Positions 43,912 to 57,499 of a stretch of 64,000 nucleotides of DNA are shown piece by piece. Location: contig OZ024747.1 of assembly GCA_964016885.1 (NCBI GenBank), forward strand, positions 58,404,001 through 58,468,000. The letters are read 5' to 3'. Numbering within the stretch: position 1 is the stretch's first letter; each line of letters starts with the position of its first letter. Source of the stretch: Eledone cirrhosa (Eukaryota). A model generated the notes under the pieces. The model did not search any database, was not told the origin of the DNA, and saw only the letters and a program-made list of their open reading frames with translations. A program made the position numbers and the translations under genes.

Positions 43912-44087
43912 TTGTTTCTACGTTAGGCACAAGGCCAGCAATTACCCAGTGCATTACTGGTACTTTATTTTATCGACCCCGTAAGGATGAAAGTCAAAGT
44001 TAACCTCGGCGGGATTTGAACTCAGACTGTAAAGGGACGTAACTATGCTAGAAAGCATGGCGTCCAACCCTCTACCGATACTGCCAA
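43912..44087 (-). mobile_element. tRNA-SINE family 1
   Basis: Reverse complement of the family consensus, including A and B boxes. Confidence 0.9.
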
Positions 44088-44315
44088 CATACAAATAATG
44101 ATTTAATTTGTCTTTCTATAATTGTAAAAAACGGTGCCTGGGACACATAACTCCTAAACACTTTATTTATTCATTTCTTATCACTCTTCCACATTACAGC
44201 CACCCCTGCTGCCCTTCCGATTGTGTGTGTATGTGTCTGTAACTATTTGTGTGTACATATGCACCCTTACATTTGTGTATCAGCTATACTAGGGCGAGAA
44301 ATATAACTCTAGTTT

Positions 44316-44402
<87 letters not shown>

Positions 44403-44403
<1 letters not shown>

Positions 44404-45078
44404 GTAATAATAATAAATTTGAAGACTAAAATCCAAAGAGGGCTCGATAAGGATAAATATATATCAGATTATAAGAACCGTAGAGCATATATTTATTAAA
44501 ATAACAGATTAAAGTTTAAGCAAAGAATCACTGTTTCACACTAAACGGATTTTCTGAAACTAAAAAAGTCAATCTGTGAACGCAGAAGTAAATATTTCAA
44601 AAAAAAAGTTCCAATCGAAGGAAGACAGGAAGGTGATACTTTCGTTCGTGGAAACGTTCCCTGGCAAAGAACGGAAAAAAACGAAGATAATACGTCATTA
44701 TTTGGTGCGTGAAAACAATTACACGCAAAGACAAAACCACGTTTATGGTATAAATGAAGTCGTAGACTAATATTCTATTAGGTGGTTCATGGAGACGTTC
44801 TCTGGCAATGAACGGAAAACATGAAGATAATATTTCAATATGTGGAGCTTTGATGCATAGAGTTACGGCCCTTGCCATTCTGAGTTCAAATCCCGCCGAG
44901 GTTAACTTTGCTTTTCATCCTTACGGGGTCGATAAAATAAATTACCAGTAATGCACTGAGTTATTGCTGGCCTTGTGCCAAAAGTAGAAACAATTATGTG
45001 GAGCGGTGAGAAAAATTACACGCAAAGACAAAACCACGTAAATGGTATAACTGAAGTTGTAGACTAAAATTCTATTTA
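44403..45078 (-). mobile_element. Family E pLTR (44403-44830), a + strand SINE (44850-44993) and a duplicated segment (45010-45078 matching 44711-44778)
   Basis: Matches 26871-27022 and 57080-57452; degenerate HHR gtttCAGAAAAtccg...GAAA at about 44514-44561. Confidence 0.8.
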
Positions 45079-45181
45079 GGAAACCGAATGATTCTCGGCT
45101 TCAGAGTTAAGGATAAAGTAAATAAAATACAGAAGTAATTTAAATTAAATATATAAATATGTATATATATATATACATGTG

Positions 45182-45270
<89 letters not shown>

Positions 45271-45276
<6 letters not shown>

Positions 45277-45680
45277 GTTAGAATATGTGTAATAAGGCCA
45301 AGACAATGCAGATATGGACATAGAAAAAAGAATGCAATAGTGAAAGATATTGATGTGAATTCGTCTTTCACCTTGAATTTAGTTAAATGTCCTTAATTTT
45401 CGAGATAATATCTCTTCTTCGGAGGGAAGTAAGGGTCTCAGACCAGCGTCTTTAAATTTCTAATGAAGCCATGCTGACCGTGGCTTCATTAGAAATTTAA
45501 AGACGCTGGTCTGAGACCTTTACTTCCCTCCGAAGAAGAGATATTATCTCGAAAATTAAGGACATTTAAATAAATTCAAGGTGAAAGACGAATTCACATA
45601 AATATCTTTCACTATTGCATTCTTTTTTCTATGTCCATATCTGCATTGTCTTGGCATTATTACACATATTCTAACGTTTA
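45271..45680. repeat. About 200-bp-arm fold-back palindrome (45271-45471 / 45481-45680) with a minimal HHR in each arm
   Basis: Plus 45527-45561: CCU-CCGAAGA-A GAGAU auu AUCUC-GAAA AU U-A-AGG; mirror at 45391-45425; few mismatches between arms. Confidence 0.88.
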
Positions 45681-45720
45681 TACCTCATTACACAATGCTT
45701 CAAGTGAACTATAACCTCCT

Positions 45721-45810
<90 letters not shown>

Positions 45811-45969
45811 GTATATATGTATGTATGTATGTATGTATATACGAAATCACATTTCCAACCATATTTATATGCTGTCTTATTAGTATAATCTGCTAAATAT
45901 AACGAAACACGTGGATTAAGTGCTTATTTTGGGTAAAATTAACACAAACGCACGCACACCCACACACAG

Positions 45970-46000
<31 letters not shown>

Positions 46001-46587
46001 CGCATACGCACACACACATACGCACGCACAGATACACTGACCCGTATAGGTGGCTATGCAATACTTTGTGTTAAGTCCCTGTTATTTAATATAATATATA
46101 GTTGAAATCGACCTATGATGGATAACTTATATATCAACATAAATAGAGAATTATGTAAACGACTGAAACAACACAAAATTACCGTCATAAGCAGCTTTTA
46201 CATCTATAATACTTCCACACGCCTGTCTCTCTCTCGATAAACCGTTTTATATTTTCAGCAATTCACTACACTCTCGAAGTAAATTATGTTTCTTCAACTA
46301 TCTAACACCTATATATCTTATTCACAGACGAAAGCAGCCTGGCATTCATCATTCTTTCTGACAATTCGGATATCGCCATTAAAGTCTATACTATTAATCA
46401 AACACGCGTCTTTGGTTTAGATTGTGCTACTTTCTAATTTGTTTTCTTGAGATATTACATAATATCACTCGATTAATTCTTATATAAACGATGCGCTGAT
46501 TCGCAAGTAAGCACGCACTATATACTTGTGTATGTACATATGTATGTCTCTCGCTACATCTCCTTCCCTATCTTTTATTATATATAA

Positions 46588-46651
<64 letters not shown>

Positions 46652-46859
46652 AAAATGGAAAAATCACGTAGCACGTTGAACAAGCGACCATTAGTATTTA
46701 TTGCCCATGTTGACCAGACTTTAGGCCATGTAATTTCCTGCATTAACGCTATATTCCATGATATTAGTTCCAGGCCATTTGAAAACTTTTACGACCCTTT
46801 GGAAAAATGCATATTAGAAACCGCAACAGCCTGATGAAAACGAATAGAGGAGCGAATCG

Positions 46860-47295
46860 ATACATAAAGACAATATTATAATAGATTTTTACAACTGGAA
46901 ACAGAAGAGAATATGGTAGAGCTATTTGTAAAATTGTAAGGCAGGAAGAGGGAAATATAGACTTCTGTTTAAAAAGTAAGTGCAAAAGATAAAAGGGCAT
47001 GCATATATGTCTAGTCTCTTTGGAAGTCAATTTTTTCAAAGAAACAATAGGAAAGGCAGGAATCTGTGGCCTAGTATGTATCACCAAGCAGAACAAAATA
47101 AGAAATGATAAATAGATATAGAAAGCAGGAAAGATTGTTTTGCCACACTTGTAGGCAAATAGCTAATGAAAGGAGTGCAAAACCTTACAGTAGGATTTCA
47201 TATCAAATTTGGACATATTTAAAGAGAAATCTCAAAATTAGAGAAACGAAACTACATCGCATACTCCACCTTCCCACTATTTTACAGACAATCAT
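46860..47295 (+). pseudogene. Possible highly degenerate LINE RT remnant
   Basis: AKPYSRISYQIWTYLKRNLKIRETKLHRILHL loosely resembles KAYDxVxRxxLWxxL of RTE-type RTs. Confidence 0.3.
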
Positions 47296-48404
47296 ATAAT
47301 TATCGACTACGATTGTATAAAATATGAATGTAGACATCACGAGACATGTTTTAGCAATTATGTTAATATAGCATGCTTCAGTTATCCAAATGTTACAGTT
47401 CACTGTTTAATAGAAACATGACAGAAACATAAAACAGGAAACGAGTTCTTGTGGAATTCATGACCTTTACAAACACAATAAATGTGGGACAGAATTGATT
47501 AACATTTGGCCATTGATCGAACTGGAGGTGCAGTCCCCAGCACACTGAATAACAACTTATTCAACACCACTAGCATTCTGAGCTTCCAAAATTTTTAAAG
47601 TTATCACATCTTGAATATAAAATACTTGCATTGATCAATAATTATACACAGTCGCGTGAGGCAATAAGTTCTCTTCTATTAAACCCGTTTCAATGGATTG
47701 AGTGTTGTGATCACAAATGGTATCTCCATTTTAATTGATGTAAAGTAGCATATTTAAACTTTTTTAACTTAAACGCATTTTAAATTTAGCAATGTTTTCT
47801 ATAATCCATTAAATGCTATTGGTGCCATCGTTGATGTTGTTGTTATTATCGGTAGTGTTAACACATTTATTTTCAAGCAATGCTTTGATAAAAACTCCAT
47901 TGACAGCTGTGTGATCTTCGTTACTATTGCATCAACCACTCTGATCACTTTGTTAGATGCTAGTAAAGGGATCTCCCGCTTGTATAATTTCGCATAATAC
48001 CACATATTTTATAAATTCACCTAATTCATCTTCAATATTCCCTTTGCTAAAGCTTCCCTGGCATTAATGAGATTTCGTGTTTAATCTAAAAAAAAAAAAA
48101 GAAAAGATTTTCCCTATTTTAAAGATGATAACATTAATTGTGAATTTTATTTCTGCAATGATATTTTGGAAATAATTCTAATACTATTCCAGATATTATA
48201 TTTCATTCTAGTTTATTTCATATTCCATTATGGAATATTATTGGTGCTACTCTGATGAATATTTATTAGTGTCATTAACAACATTAATATGAATTGTTTC
48301 GGTGATACATAGTATAATATGAAAATATTCCTCATATAAAATTAGACAAAATATATAAATTTACAATCACAGACACACATACGCACACTCACTCACGTAT
48401 ATAT

Positions 48405-48760
48405 ACACTTCGCTTTTGTATTTAATTTACAATATTCTTGATGTGAAATCGTGTATTGAAACGGATATTGTTATGTAAGGGTTATACAGCCAATAAAAAC
48501 ACATCAGTTGAGTTTAAGCTCGGTTCGGTTAGGTAACAAATCTATTTCTCGCTACGTTTAGTAACCGGATACTTGTTTAATTGTCATGTTTAATCATCAA
48601 CGCTTTTTCATTACACATTCTGGGACCTCCTCAATTACACTTCTTCCACCTCTGTGTCTCCACTTTGTTTTGATCTTATTCTACTTACTCCAAATTGTCT
48701 TTTCTTTGCGTATGTGTATGCGCATGCGTATATGTTTGTCTATGTGTGTATGTTTGTCAC
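48405..48760 (-). mobile_element. Family A-related pLTR, diverged
   Basis: Minus cataacaatatccgtttcaatacacgatttcac matches 1146-1175 and 38190-38222; degenerate HHR TTGAGGAgGTCCCAgaatgTGTAATGAAA at about 48597-48636. Confidence 0.55.
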
Positions 48761-50335
48761 TTGCTACTTTCCCAAGTTTCTGTTTATGGCTTGCGTATGC
48801 GTGTGTGCACGTGTACTTGAGAATGTATGCATGCATTTATTTAGTTTCCTCGTTTTATCTTTCCTAACTTTTCTTTTACGCTCCCGCTACTAGATACTTG
48901 TTATTCTATTGAGAATGAATTTATTTCTGCTTGTTCACTCTTTTTGTTTTATTCATGTTTTCTTCTATTATCAACAGTCACTAGTTTGTATAACAAATGG
49001 AAGTTTACAATCCAATCTAGAAGGATAGAGTCGAGATTAGTTTGTGGGAATAAGTCAGCAGTGAAGAGGGGAGTGTGCTCAATACGTATATGATGCAAAA
49101 CAAGCGTGCAGCGAAAGCAAGCAAGAGAATTATAAGCCATGCAATAAGTATACAGACAGAGCAGAGCGTAAATATAAAAATTGCAGTACGAGAAAAAGAA
49201 AAAGAAACACCCAAATTCTTGAAAGAGTATTTATTTGTTTACTATTGTTTCAGAGGGCAAAATCACAATTTAATCCACAAGATTGAGCCCTATCAATAAA
49301 TGAATCGATAGGTTTAAGTGATATTAAGATCGAATTATGGTCCGACTTCATCTTCAGAACGCATAAAACAAATTTCAAAAACATATGTCACTTATGGAGG
49401 AAACTAGAAAAAACATAGAAAAAAAACGAGTCCCTTTAATAGACGAAAAATTAACCTGAAAGCTTCTATCATTTTGTTGTTGCCGAAAATGGATTAGGTG
49501 CCATAAAAACAGCGATTCGACATAATCGGAAATAAATAAGTAAATGAGGAACATGAATATGATGAAAGGGAAATTATTCGTTCATAAAAATCGATTAAAG
49601 AGAAATAAGAGTTCGAAAAATATGGATATTATACATAATATAAGAAATATCATTAATTATATAGAATTAGGTTAGAATTAAAGGTGTTATTAACACTCCT
49701 TACGGTAGAAATTATTTATCACTAGTGAATTGATATGGCGTAACGTGAAATTTCAACTAAACTTGTTAATATGACACGCTCTTTTTAGAAACAATTAATT
49801 AAAGAAGAGAATATATATTTCCATTGAAACAAAAAAAAAACGGAGAAATAACGGATTAGATAAGGTAAGTTGAATAGAAATGCTTATTTAATCATATTTA
49901 ATAACCTAGTTAAGTGTATCAGGGTATAATACGCCAATCTATTAACAGACAAGTGTTTATCCTGTATTTCTGTTAGGTTAAGCCAAAAGGTAAAAGCTAG
50001 GTTTGGGGTAAAACACATCTGTAATAAAATTAGACAAAGGGGAAAATGAGACGGTGGTTTAGAGATAGGGAAAGGTATAAGGAGCTACAGAACTAAGATT
50101 AATTATTAAAATTGTTAAACTGTCTCATAGAGAATCCACTGAAACATTATATAATATCATATGAGACGTAACTGAATGAAAAGGAAAAGGTTTCTCAATG
50201 TAAGGGTTCATAAATAAATAGTATTATGGAAGGAGAGATACTTGAGGACGCATGTGAAACTTTGCTATAACGCATATAAATACACACACTCCTGCGGGTA
50301 TAGTTTTTCACGCTTATGTAATACCGTATAGTAGA

Positions 50336-50521
50336 ATTGTTTCTACTTTTGGTACAAGGCCACCAATTACCTCAGTGCATTACTGGTACTTTATTTTATC
50401 GACCCCGTAAGGATGAAAGGCAAAGTTAACCGCGGCGGGATTTGAACTCAGAATGGCAAGGGCCGTAACTCTATACATCAAAGCATGGTGTCTGACTCTC
50501 TACCGATACTGCCAATCCACC
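50336..50521 (-). mobile_element. tRNA-SINE family 1
   Basis: Reverse complement of the family consensus. Confidence 0.9.
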
Positions 50522-50887
50522 ATATAGTATAATAGTCTTTCATTAACTATGTCAAAATATTACTCGATTAGAACATTGTTCAGTTCTTTATAGTCTGATG
50601 ACCTAAGGTGTTGTAGTTTTGATTACAGACCAACTAATTAATGTATTGTTAATTCCATTATATTCCAACACAGCACACTGTATTGTGATACTCTAATGGA
50701 ATTGCTTTTATTACATTTCTATTGCACAAAATGTCTATGTCAAGACACGGATAAAATCACGCTTTGTGGTAAGAGGCCCCAGAGGTAAAATAAATCGTTA
50801 TTTCATTTGTAACTACTGCTAAATCAAAGTATAAGTACTCCATATTTTTTCAGATATTTATTATCAATAAATAAATATGAATGTGTG

Positions 50888-50976
<89 letters not shown>

Positions 50977-51080
50977 GTATATCTACCAACATATGCGTAC
51001 AGATGTACGCTAATGCTAGCAAATACATAAGTTATGTCATAGTACCTAGGTGGTTCAATGCAGGAGGATGCAGAACAATT

Positions 51081-51329
51081 ATATGAAAGACGTAAAATAA
51101 GAAAATTAAAAATAAAATTAAAAATTAACTTACTGACTAAAATTTTCACTCCCAGCTAAGTCTCCAGGCAATGCGCGGACACTAGGGACTCATGTAAAAA
51201 TAATAATAATTCGGTGGATGGAACAGCTAGCGGGGACTGAATTCCATGCACTGAAAAAGACTTAGCTGGGAGTGAAAATTTTAGTAAGTTAATTTTTAAT
51301 TTTTTCTTTTAATTTTCTTATTTTACGTC

Positions 51330-51336
<7 letters not shown>
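51081..51336. repeat. Inverted repeat (51081-51163 / 51258-51336) with a 3' half-HHR in the spacer
   Basis: aaaattttcactcccagctaagtct / agacttagctgggagtgaaaatttt; spacer ggtggatggaa...ttccatgcact-GAAAAG A CTT-A. Confidence 0.75.
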
Positions 51337-51370
<34 letters not shown>

Positions 51371-51374
<4 letters not shown>

Positions 51375-51543
51375 AACGAGTAGGACTCCGACGGCTGAGC
51401 TCAAGCCTGTTTCGACGGCTCGTCGAAACGGCTTCAGCTCAGCCGTCGGGGTTCTACTCGTTCCTATTACCCACTCTACTACCCTAAGTATTGAGTACTT
51501 TGGTGCGTGATGCTCCATCTGGTTCCTTACCACATTTCCTTCG

Positions 51544-51545
<2 letters not shown>
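51371..51545 (+). mobile_element. Family D pLTR with fold-back (51371-51466) centred in HHR stem II
   Basis: ...tttcgacg-gct-cgtcgaaac...; flanked by (TA)n. Confidence 0.85.
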
Positions 51546-51611
<66 letters not shown>

Positions 51612-51659
51612 ATGTATGTATATATGTATATATCAGATAGGATGTACTAAAAACCAGCG

Positions 51660-52086
51660 AGAACATTACTCACCAGAGTACTCGATACGACTCGCAAACG
51701 AGTCTAGCGCATAGGAAAAGATATTGCAGGAAATCGGCTACTGCAGAACGATAAGGCGGTTGCTAACACCGAACCCAATTTTTAGAGAATTTCTGGCGAA
51801 GAAAAGTATCACCACTCTTTCACATCCTCACTAGAGCCCAGATCTAGCTATATGTGATTTCTGTCTCTTCCCTAATTGTAAATCGAAGTTGAATGGTTAA
51901 CATTTTGGTACAGTGTAAAACAAACAAAAAAGGACAACCGATACTATTACGATCAATGGATAAAGCATTGGAACCACTATGTGACTTCTAAATGGTTGTA
52001 TTATAAAGGAGATATCTTGTAATTTTATGTACATCTAATGTACATTTAAATAAAACATCAGCGCACTTTCTTTCGGACAAACCTCA
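51660..52086 (+). pseudogene. Mariner (Tc1/mariner) transposase C-terminal remnant with 3' TIR
   Basis: REFLAKKSITTLSHPH*SPDLAICDFCLFPNCKSKLNG*HF matches the HPPYSPDLAPCDFxLFP motif; then QWIKHWNHYV..YYKGD; end ctttcggacaaacctc. Confidence 0.85.
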
Positions 52087-52144
52087 CACATGTAAACAAA
52101 GGCATCCTAATTCAGTCCATATATGATTGATAATGGTTTCTGAA

Positions 52145-52275
52145 TTACACAAGGCCAACAATTTATGGAGGAAGCGGAAGTCGAGTACAGCGTCCTCAGT
52201 GCGTTATTGTCACTTTATTTTATCGAGCTCATGTGGATGAAAGCCATAACTAAACCCAGCGGGATGAGAACCCGT
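52145..52275 (-). mobile_element. Diverged SINE family 1 relative
   Basis: cacaaggccaacaattt...actttattttatcga...ggatgaaag...gcgggat. Confidence 0.6.
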
Positions 52276-52290
52276 ATATATCTTTGATAA

Positions 52291-52880
52291 TCTATATATA
52301 TAAAACTGAGGATGTATGTCTGTGTGTGTGTGAGTTTGAATCCCTAAAACTACAGAACCACCCAACCGACTGTTTTCAAACTTTACACAAGTAATACGTA
52401 TGGTTCAGGGAGTGTTCTGAGCAAATAAAATTTCAAATGTTCAATGCCTTAGGGACAGGACTAGGCGATTTAGCGATCTCTCTCTATAATTCTTAGACTT
52501 TCTCTGTTTATATAGATACATACATATAACGTAGCTCCCTTATAATATCTGTATGTATGTCTAGTTGCCTGCATTACGTCACTTCCTACAATTCGTTCTG
52601 CGTCCAGAACGCGACCTTATAATATGTCTGTATGTCCGGCTGTCTGCTGCCTCCGGTTATTCAGCCACCATTGCTCAAGACAAATCTCACACTCATTCCC
52701 CAAACAGTTGGTAAGTGCACACAACTTCTTCCTCACGTTTTAAGCCACAGTGTTGCTTACTTACGTACCATCAGACCCTTACTTCTTTGCCAGCCTTGGT
52801 TGTGGCAATACTAAGCTTAGCTAAGGCAGTTATATATTTCACAATACCTTATCCCGTGAAACGCCGGGTACCACTGCTAG
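52291..52880 (+). mobile_element. Non-autonomous Helitron
   Basis: A|TCtatatatataaaa, (TG)n, accgactgttttcaaacttt; 3' hairpin cccgtgaaacgccggg then ctgCTAG|T; same terminal design as 31091-32085. Confidence 0.75.
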
Positions 52881-53411
52881 TGATTAAATAAAATATGTAA
52901 GAATATCATTTGTAAAATAAAATGCAACGATATGTAGAGCGACATAAGGAAGCATCTTTCACGAATTTGCGCCTCATCAGTTCGGGACACATATAAGCAG
53001 CATATAATTACATTCATCTTTTCTATATATAATATATGGACCATTGTAGTTAAGCCGACTGGCTTCCCATAGAGAACAAATAATATTTGATTAGGCTCGA
53101 TATATAATTTGGTATTAGATTAAGATAAACTGAATCTGTATTGTCCAATATTATTTTTTTTAAATAATAGGAATCTTCGCTCTGGCATGCTACTCCGGAT
53201 TTGAACATTCCCAACGTAAGGGAGTTTCTCGCTGGGATTATGTCAGATGTTAGAAGTTTCTCCACTAACTACATTTAGAGTACGGGAATTGAATATTTGC
53301 CTATTTGCTTCTACCATTTACATGCACGCGCAAACACCCCACCATCCAAACGCGCACACACACACACTGCGCTCACTTTCATAATATATATATATACACA
53401 TATGCGTACAT

Positions 53412-53492
<81 letters not shown>

Positions 53493-54110
53493 CATATATA
53501 TATACATACATATATACATACATACATACACTCACACACACACATATACATAACTAAACATATATATATATACAATTACACACAGAGTTATTTGCATTTC
53601 TGTTCATCACTTTTAACGATGCTTTGTCTTTTGTTTTGAATATTTGACTTACTTCCCGTATTTAGTTGAATACATTAATTTAATTCTGAATTCCAATGTT
53701 TATTGAGCATCATCTTTGATTAATAGAATTCCTGTCAAATCTGAATACCAATGTATATTATTTACATTTCTATATTATTTTCTATAATTATTTGGTTATT
53801 TTTTATAAATTATTAGAGCTTTCTCCTGTCACATATAATACGTGTTATGCTTTTAAACATCTGACAGATCTATTTACTTCTAACTAGAAAATATTATGAA
53901 GAGCGCAAAATTTGAGTAACAAATTTTATTTTTTAGTTAATATTCGTTCCACATCCATCCATTTTAAATCTAATTTGTGTATGTTATATATTAGATTTAC
54001 TCCTATTGACAGTGCTATAGTTGCTAAAGCTCAGTTTTCGAGGAAGAATTAGCAGAGAATTGATCGTCGACTTCGTTTCTATATATATTATTACAAAATC
54101 TGACATGGGC

Positions 54111-54179
<69 letters not shown>

Positions 54180-54560
54180 TTATAATAAATCACATGATCA
54201 TATGACAGTAACTTTGTGATAGCTGGTTATGACCAAGTATTGAAAGATAGAAAATAAAACGTGTTCCTTACGTAGTTTTCTCCCTTTCTCTTCGCGTGCA
54301 AGCCAGCGCGTGGAAGTTTAATAATAACTATTACTTCAAATATCATATTACATAAATAATTATGAAGAAGTTATAATGAGACTCCATTTCATTTCATTCT
54401 TCGTGCTTTTAAAATATGTTCTGTTTCACTAATTCATGATTCGTCCCTCTTATATATCGCTTTCTTATCGATACCTATCTCTATATTGTTTACCTACGAA
54501 TTTGTCTATCTGTTGAAATAGTTAAGTATTCGTCTATTTATCTACCTGTCTACCAAGCTA

Positions 54561-54656
<96 letters not shown>

Positions 54657-55588
54657 TATATATATATATATAATATATATATAATATATATATATATAAT
54701 AATATATATATATAATATATATATATATAATATATATATATATAATATATATATATATATATGCTCTATCGTTTTTCTATAGCTATGTATTTATGTATGT
54801 TTAGCAAAGTATCAATCTTCGGACAACAATAATAACAACAACCCACGAAGACAGATACATACCTTTGTATAACAAAGGAATCAGAATTAAGTGGATACAT
54901 ATTTAATAATTTCATCAAAGAAAATATAGAAGAATATCATTGAAATTGATTTAAATAGATGTAAAGTGAAATACTGTGATAGGTAATCATGAAAGGGAGA
55001 ATGTCAAGGAAGCATCGAGGATAGAAGTATCTTTACAGAGATTATTGTAATCAAATTATTATTAAATTATATATTTGTTAACCCCATCACTTTTGATGGG
55101 TAATATACTAGTACATATATATATATACATATATGTGTGTGTGTATGCGTGTGTGTGTGTGTATGTGTGCGTGTATGTGTCTGTGTGTGTGCGTGTGTAT
55201 GGTAGGGAGGAGGGGGAGATATAGGTTACTGGCAGTATTCGTTCTAATAACTATGACTTGATATTTTTGACATCCAGAGGAAGTGGTGTGAGACCAGGAC
55301 CAGACCCACAATTCCGGCCCAGTGCTAGGGATCATACACAGGCCGGTACGAATAGAACTAGCAAAGCAAGCCACCGATTACTAGTATCATATTATTGTTT
55401 TTTTTTATTTTAGCTGTGAAATTGTTTTAATATATTTATAACATTTGATATGTTTGGGCCGCTAGAATGGATAGGAATTGCACTTTCTTTCCGTCGATTC
55501 CAACGAAATATGTATCACGGAGATGAAAATAAACTAAACTACAACTGCATGTGGCCTTCGATGTATTTAACATCGTTTATGTATGTAT

Positions 55589-55707
55589 ATTTACGGACAT
55601 ATTACGCTGAAAACACCGGTTCTCGTTCGATCACCGAAGTTAAGCAACGTTGAGCCTAGTTTATACTTAGTTGGGTGACCGTTTGGGAAACCTGGGTACT
55701 GTAAGCA
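55589..55707 (+). rRNA. Diverged 5S rRNA gene copy, probably a pseudogene or SINE3-like head
   Basis: ttacggacatattacgctgaaaacaccggttctcgttcgatcaccgaagttaagcaacg...tacttagttgggtgaccgtttgggaa..ctgggtactgtaagc followed by tttcttttt. Colinear with metazoan 5S over about 119 nt, with substitutions in the C-box region. Confidence 0.85.
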
Positions 55708-55877
55708 TTTCTTTTTCAAGGGCGGTGCCTCAGCATGGCTTCAGTCGGATGTTTGTAATGGGTAAAAGTGTAAAAGAGTATACATATATATATATATATA
55801 TATATGTGTGTATGTGTGTGTGTGTGTGTATATACATACATATATATACATATATAACTGTATATACCATATATATA

Positions 55878-55920
<43 letters not shown>

Positions 55921-55923
<3 letters not shown>

Positions 55924-55975
55924 TACACATACGCGTTCAAACACACAATCACACACACACACACATTTATATATA

Positions 55976-56028
<53 letters not shown>

Positions 56029-56082
56029 TACACATACGCGTTCAAACACACAATCACACACACACACACATTTATATATATA

Positions 56083-56149
<67 letters not shown>

Positions 56150-56212
56150 TACACATACGCGTTCAAACACACAATCACACACACACACACATTTATATAT
56201 ATATATATATTA

Positions 56213-56275
<63 letters not shown>
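55921..56275. repeat. Three tandem compound units (aggtacacatacgcgttcaaacacacaatc-(CA)n-(TA)n)
   Basis: Units start at about 55921, 56026 and 56147. Confidence 0.9.
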
Positions 56276-56276
<1 letters not shown>

Positions 56277-56879
56277 TTTGTTTATGCTAGTCAGAAGATT
56301 ATTTATTGATAGTACTGTTGTGGAACTGGTGATATATTTAGTGGAATGAAGTAGTTGTGAGGCGGAACAGCAAGTGGTTAGTGAATCAATTATTCATGAA
56401 ACTGCGTGCAAACAACTAATAGTTATTGACACATGGTCTTCCATCAGTTTGGGAAGTGCTACCAAAGTACTCTAGTGTGTCAAGCTAATTGAGAAAGGCT
56501 GACACATACACGTGCATATTGCTACACATAAACACATGCACTCACACTAACAAGTGCAGACATACTTACACATACACACATATATACTTAAAAAATAGGT
56601 GCACATGCACGTATACACACATACAAACACACACACAAACACAGACACACACATACACGCACATACACATGCATACAAATGTGCACATACATTCACATAT
56701 GGATACGTGCACATAGACACACACACACACACACACACATGTACACATTTACCCCCTTTAAACGCATAATTGATAGCCAATGTCGTTATTGTGTGCTGGA
56801 ATAGTAGTTTAATAAATTTATTGTGAGAAAGAATGCGTTGGGAGATATGCATGTCTATACGACCGTGTAAATTATGTGC

Positions 56880-56951
<72 letters not shown>

Positions 56952-56957
56952 ATAATA

Positions 56958-57075
56958 ATTGTTTCTACTTTTGGCACAAGGCCTATCAATTACCCAGTGC
57001 ATTACTGGTACTTGATTTTATCGACCCCGTAAGGATGAAAGGCAAAGTTAACCTCGGTGGGATTTGAACTCAGAC
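56958..57075 (-). mobile_element. tRNA-SINE family 1, 5'-truncated
   Basis: Reverse complement from the B box to the 3' end. Confidence 0.85.
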
Positions 57076-57079
57076 CGTA

Positions 57080-57446
57080 ATAATAAAGAGTAAAATCCAA
57101 AGAAGGCTCGATAAGGATAAATATATATCAAACATATAAGAACCGTAGAGCAAATTTTTCCGTTCATTACCAGGGAACGTCTCCACGAACCACCTAATCG
57201 AATATTAGTCTACGACTTCATTTATACCATAAACGTGGTTTTGTCTTTGCGTGTAATTGTTCTCACTGCTCCAAATAATGACGTATTTTCTTTGCTCCAA
57301 GAACCAAAGTATCGTCTTCCTGTCTTCCTTCGGTTGCAACGTTTTTCGAAATATTTACTTCTGCGTTCACAGATTGATTTTTTTAGTTTCAGAAGATCCC
57401 GTTAAGGTTGAAAGCGGTGATTCTTTGCTTAAACTTTAATCTGTTA

Positions 57447-57452
<6 letters not shown>
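57080..57452. mobile_element. Family E pLTR, internally inverted (57080-57155 minus, 57156-57452 plus), HHR-like fold at 57385-57435
   Basis: Compared with the colinear copy at 44403-44830; AGUUU-CAGAAGA-UCCC guuaa GGUU-GAAAGCG...UGCU-U-AAACU. Confidence 0.8.

Positions 57453-57499
<47 letters not shown>

Noticed and set aside
50593-50615. CTGATGA followed by a tiny hairpin (also CTGATGA at 62163 and 46832)
   Set aside because: No correctly placed GAAA, stem III or stem I, so not a hammerhead.
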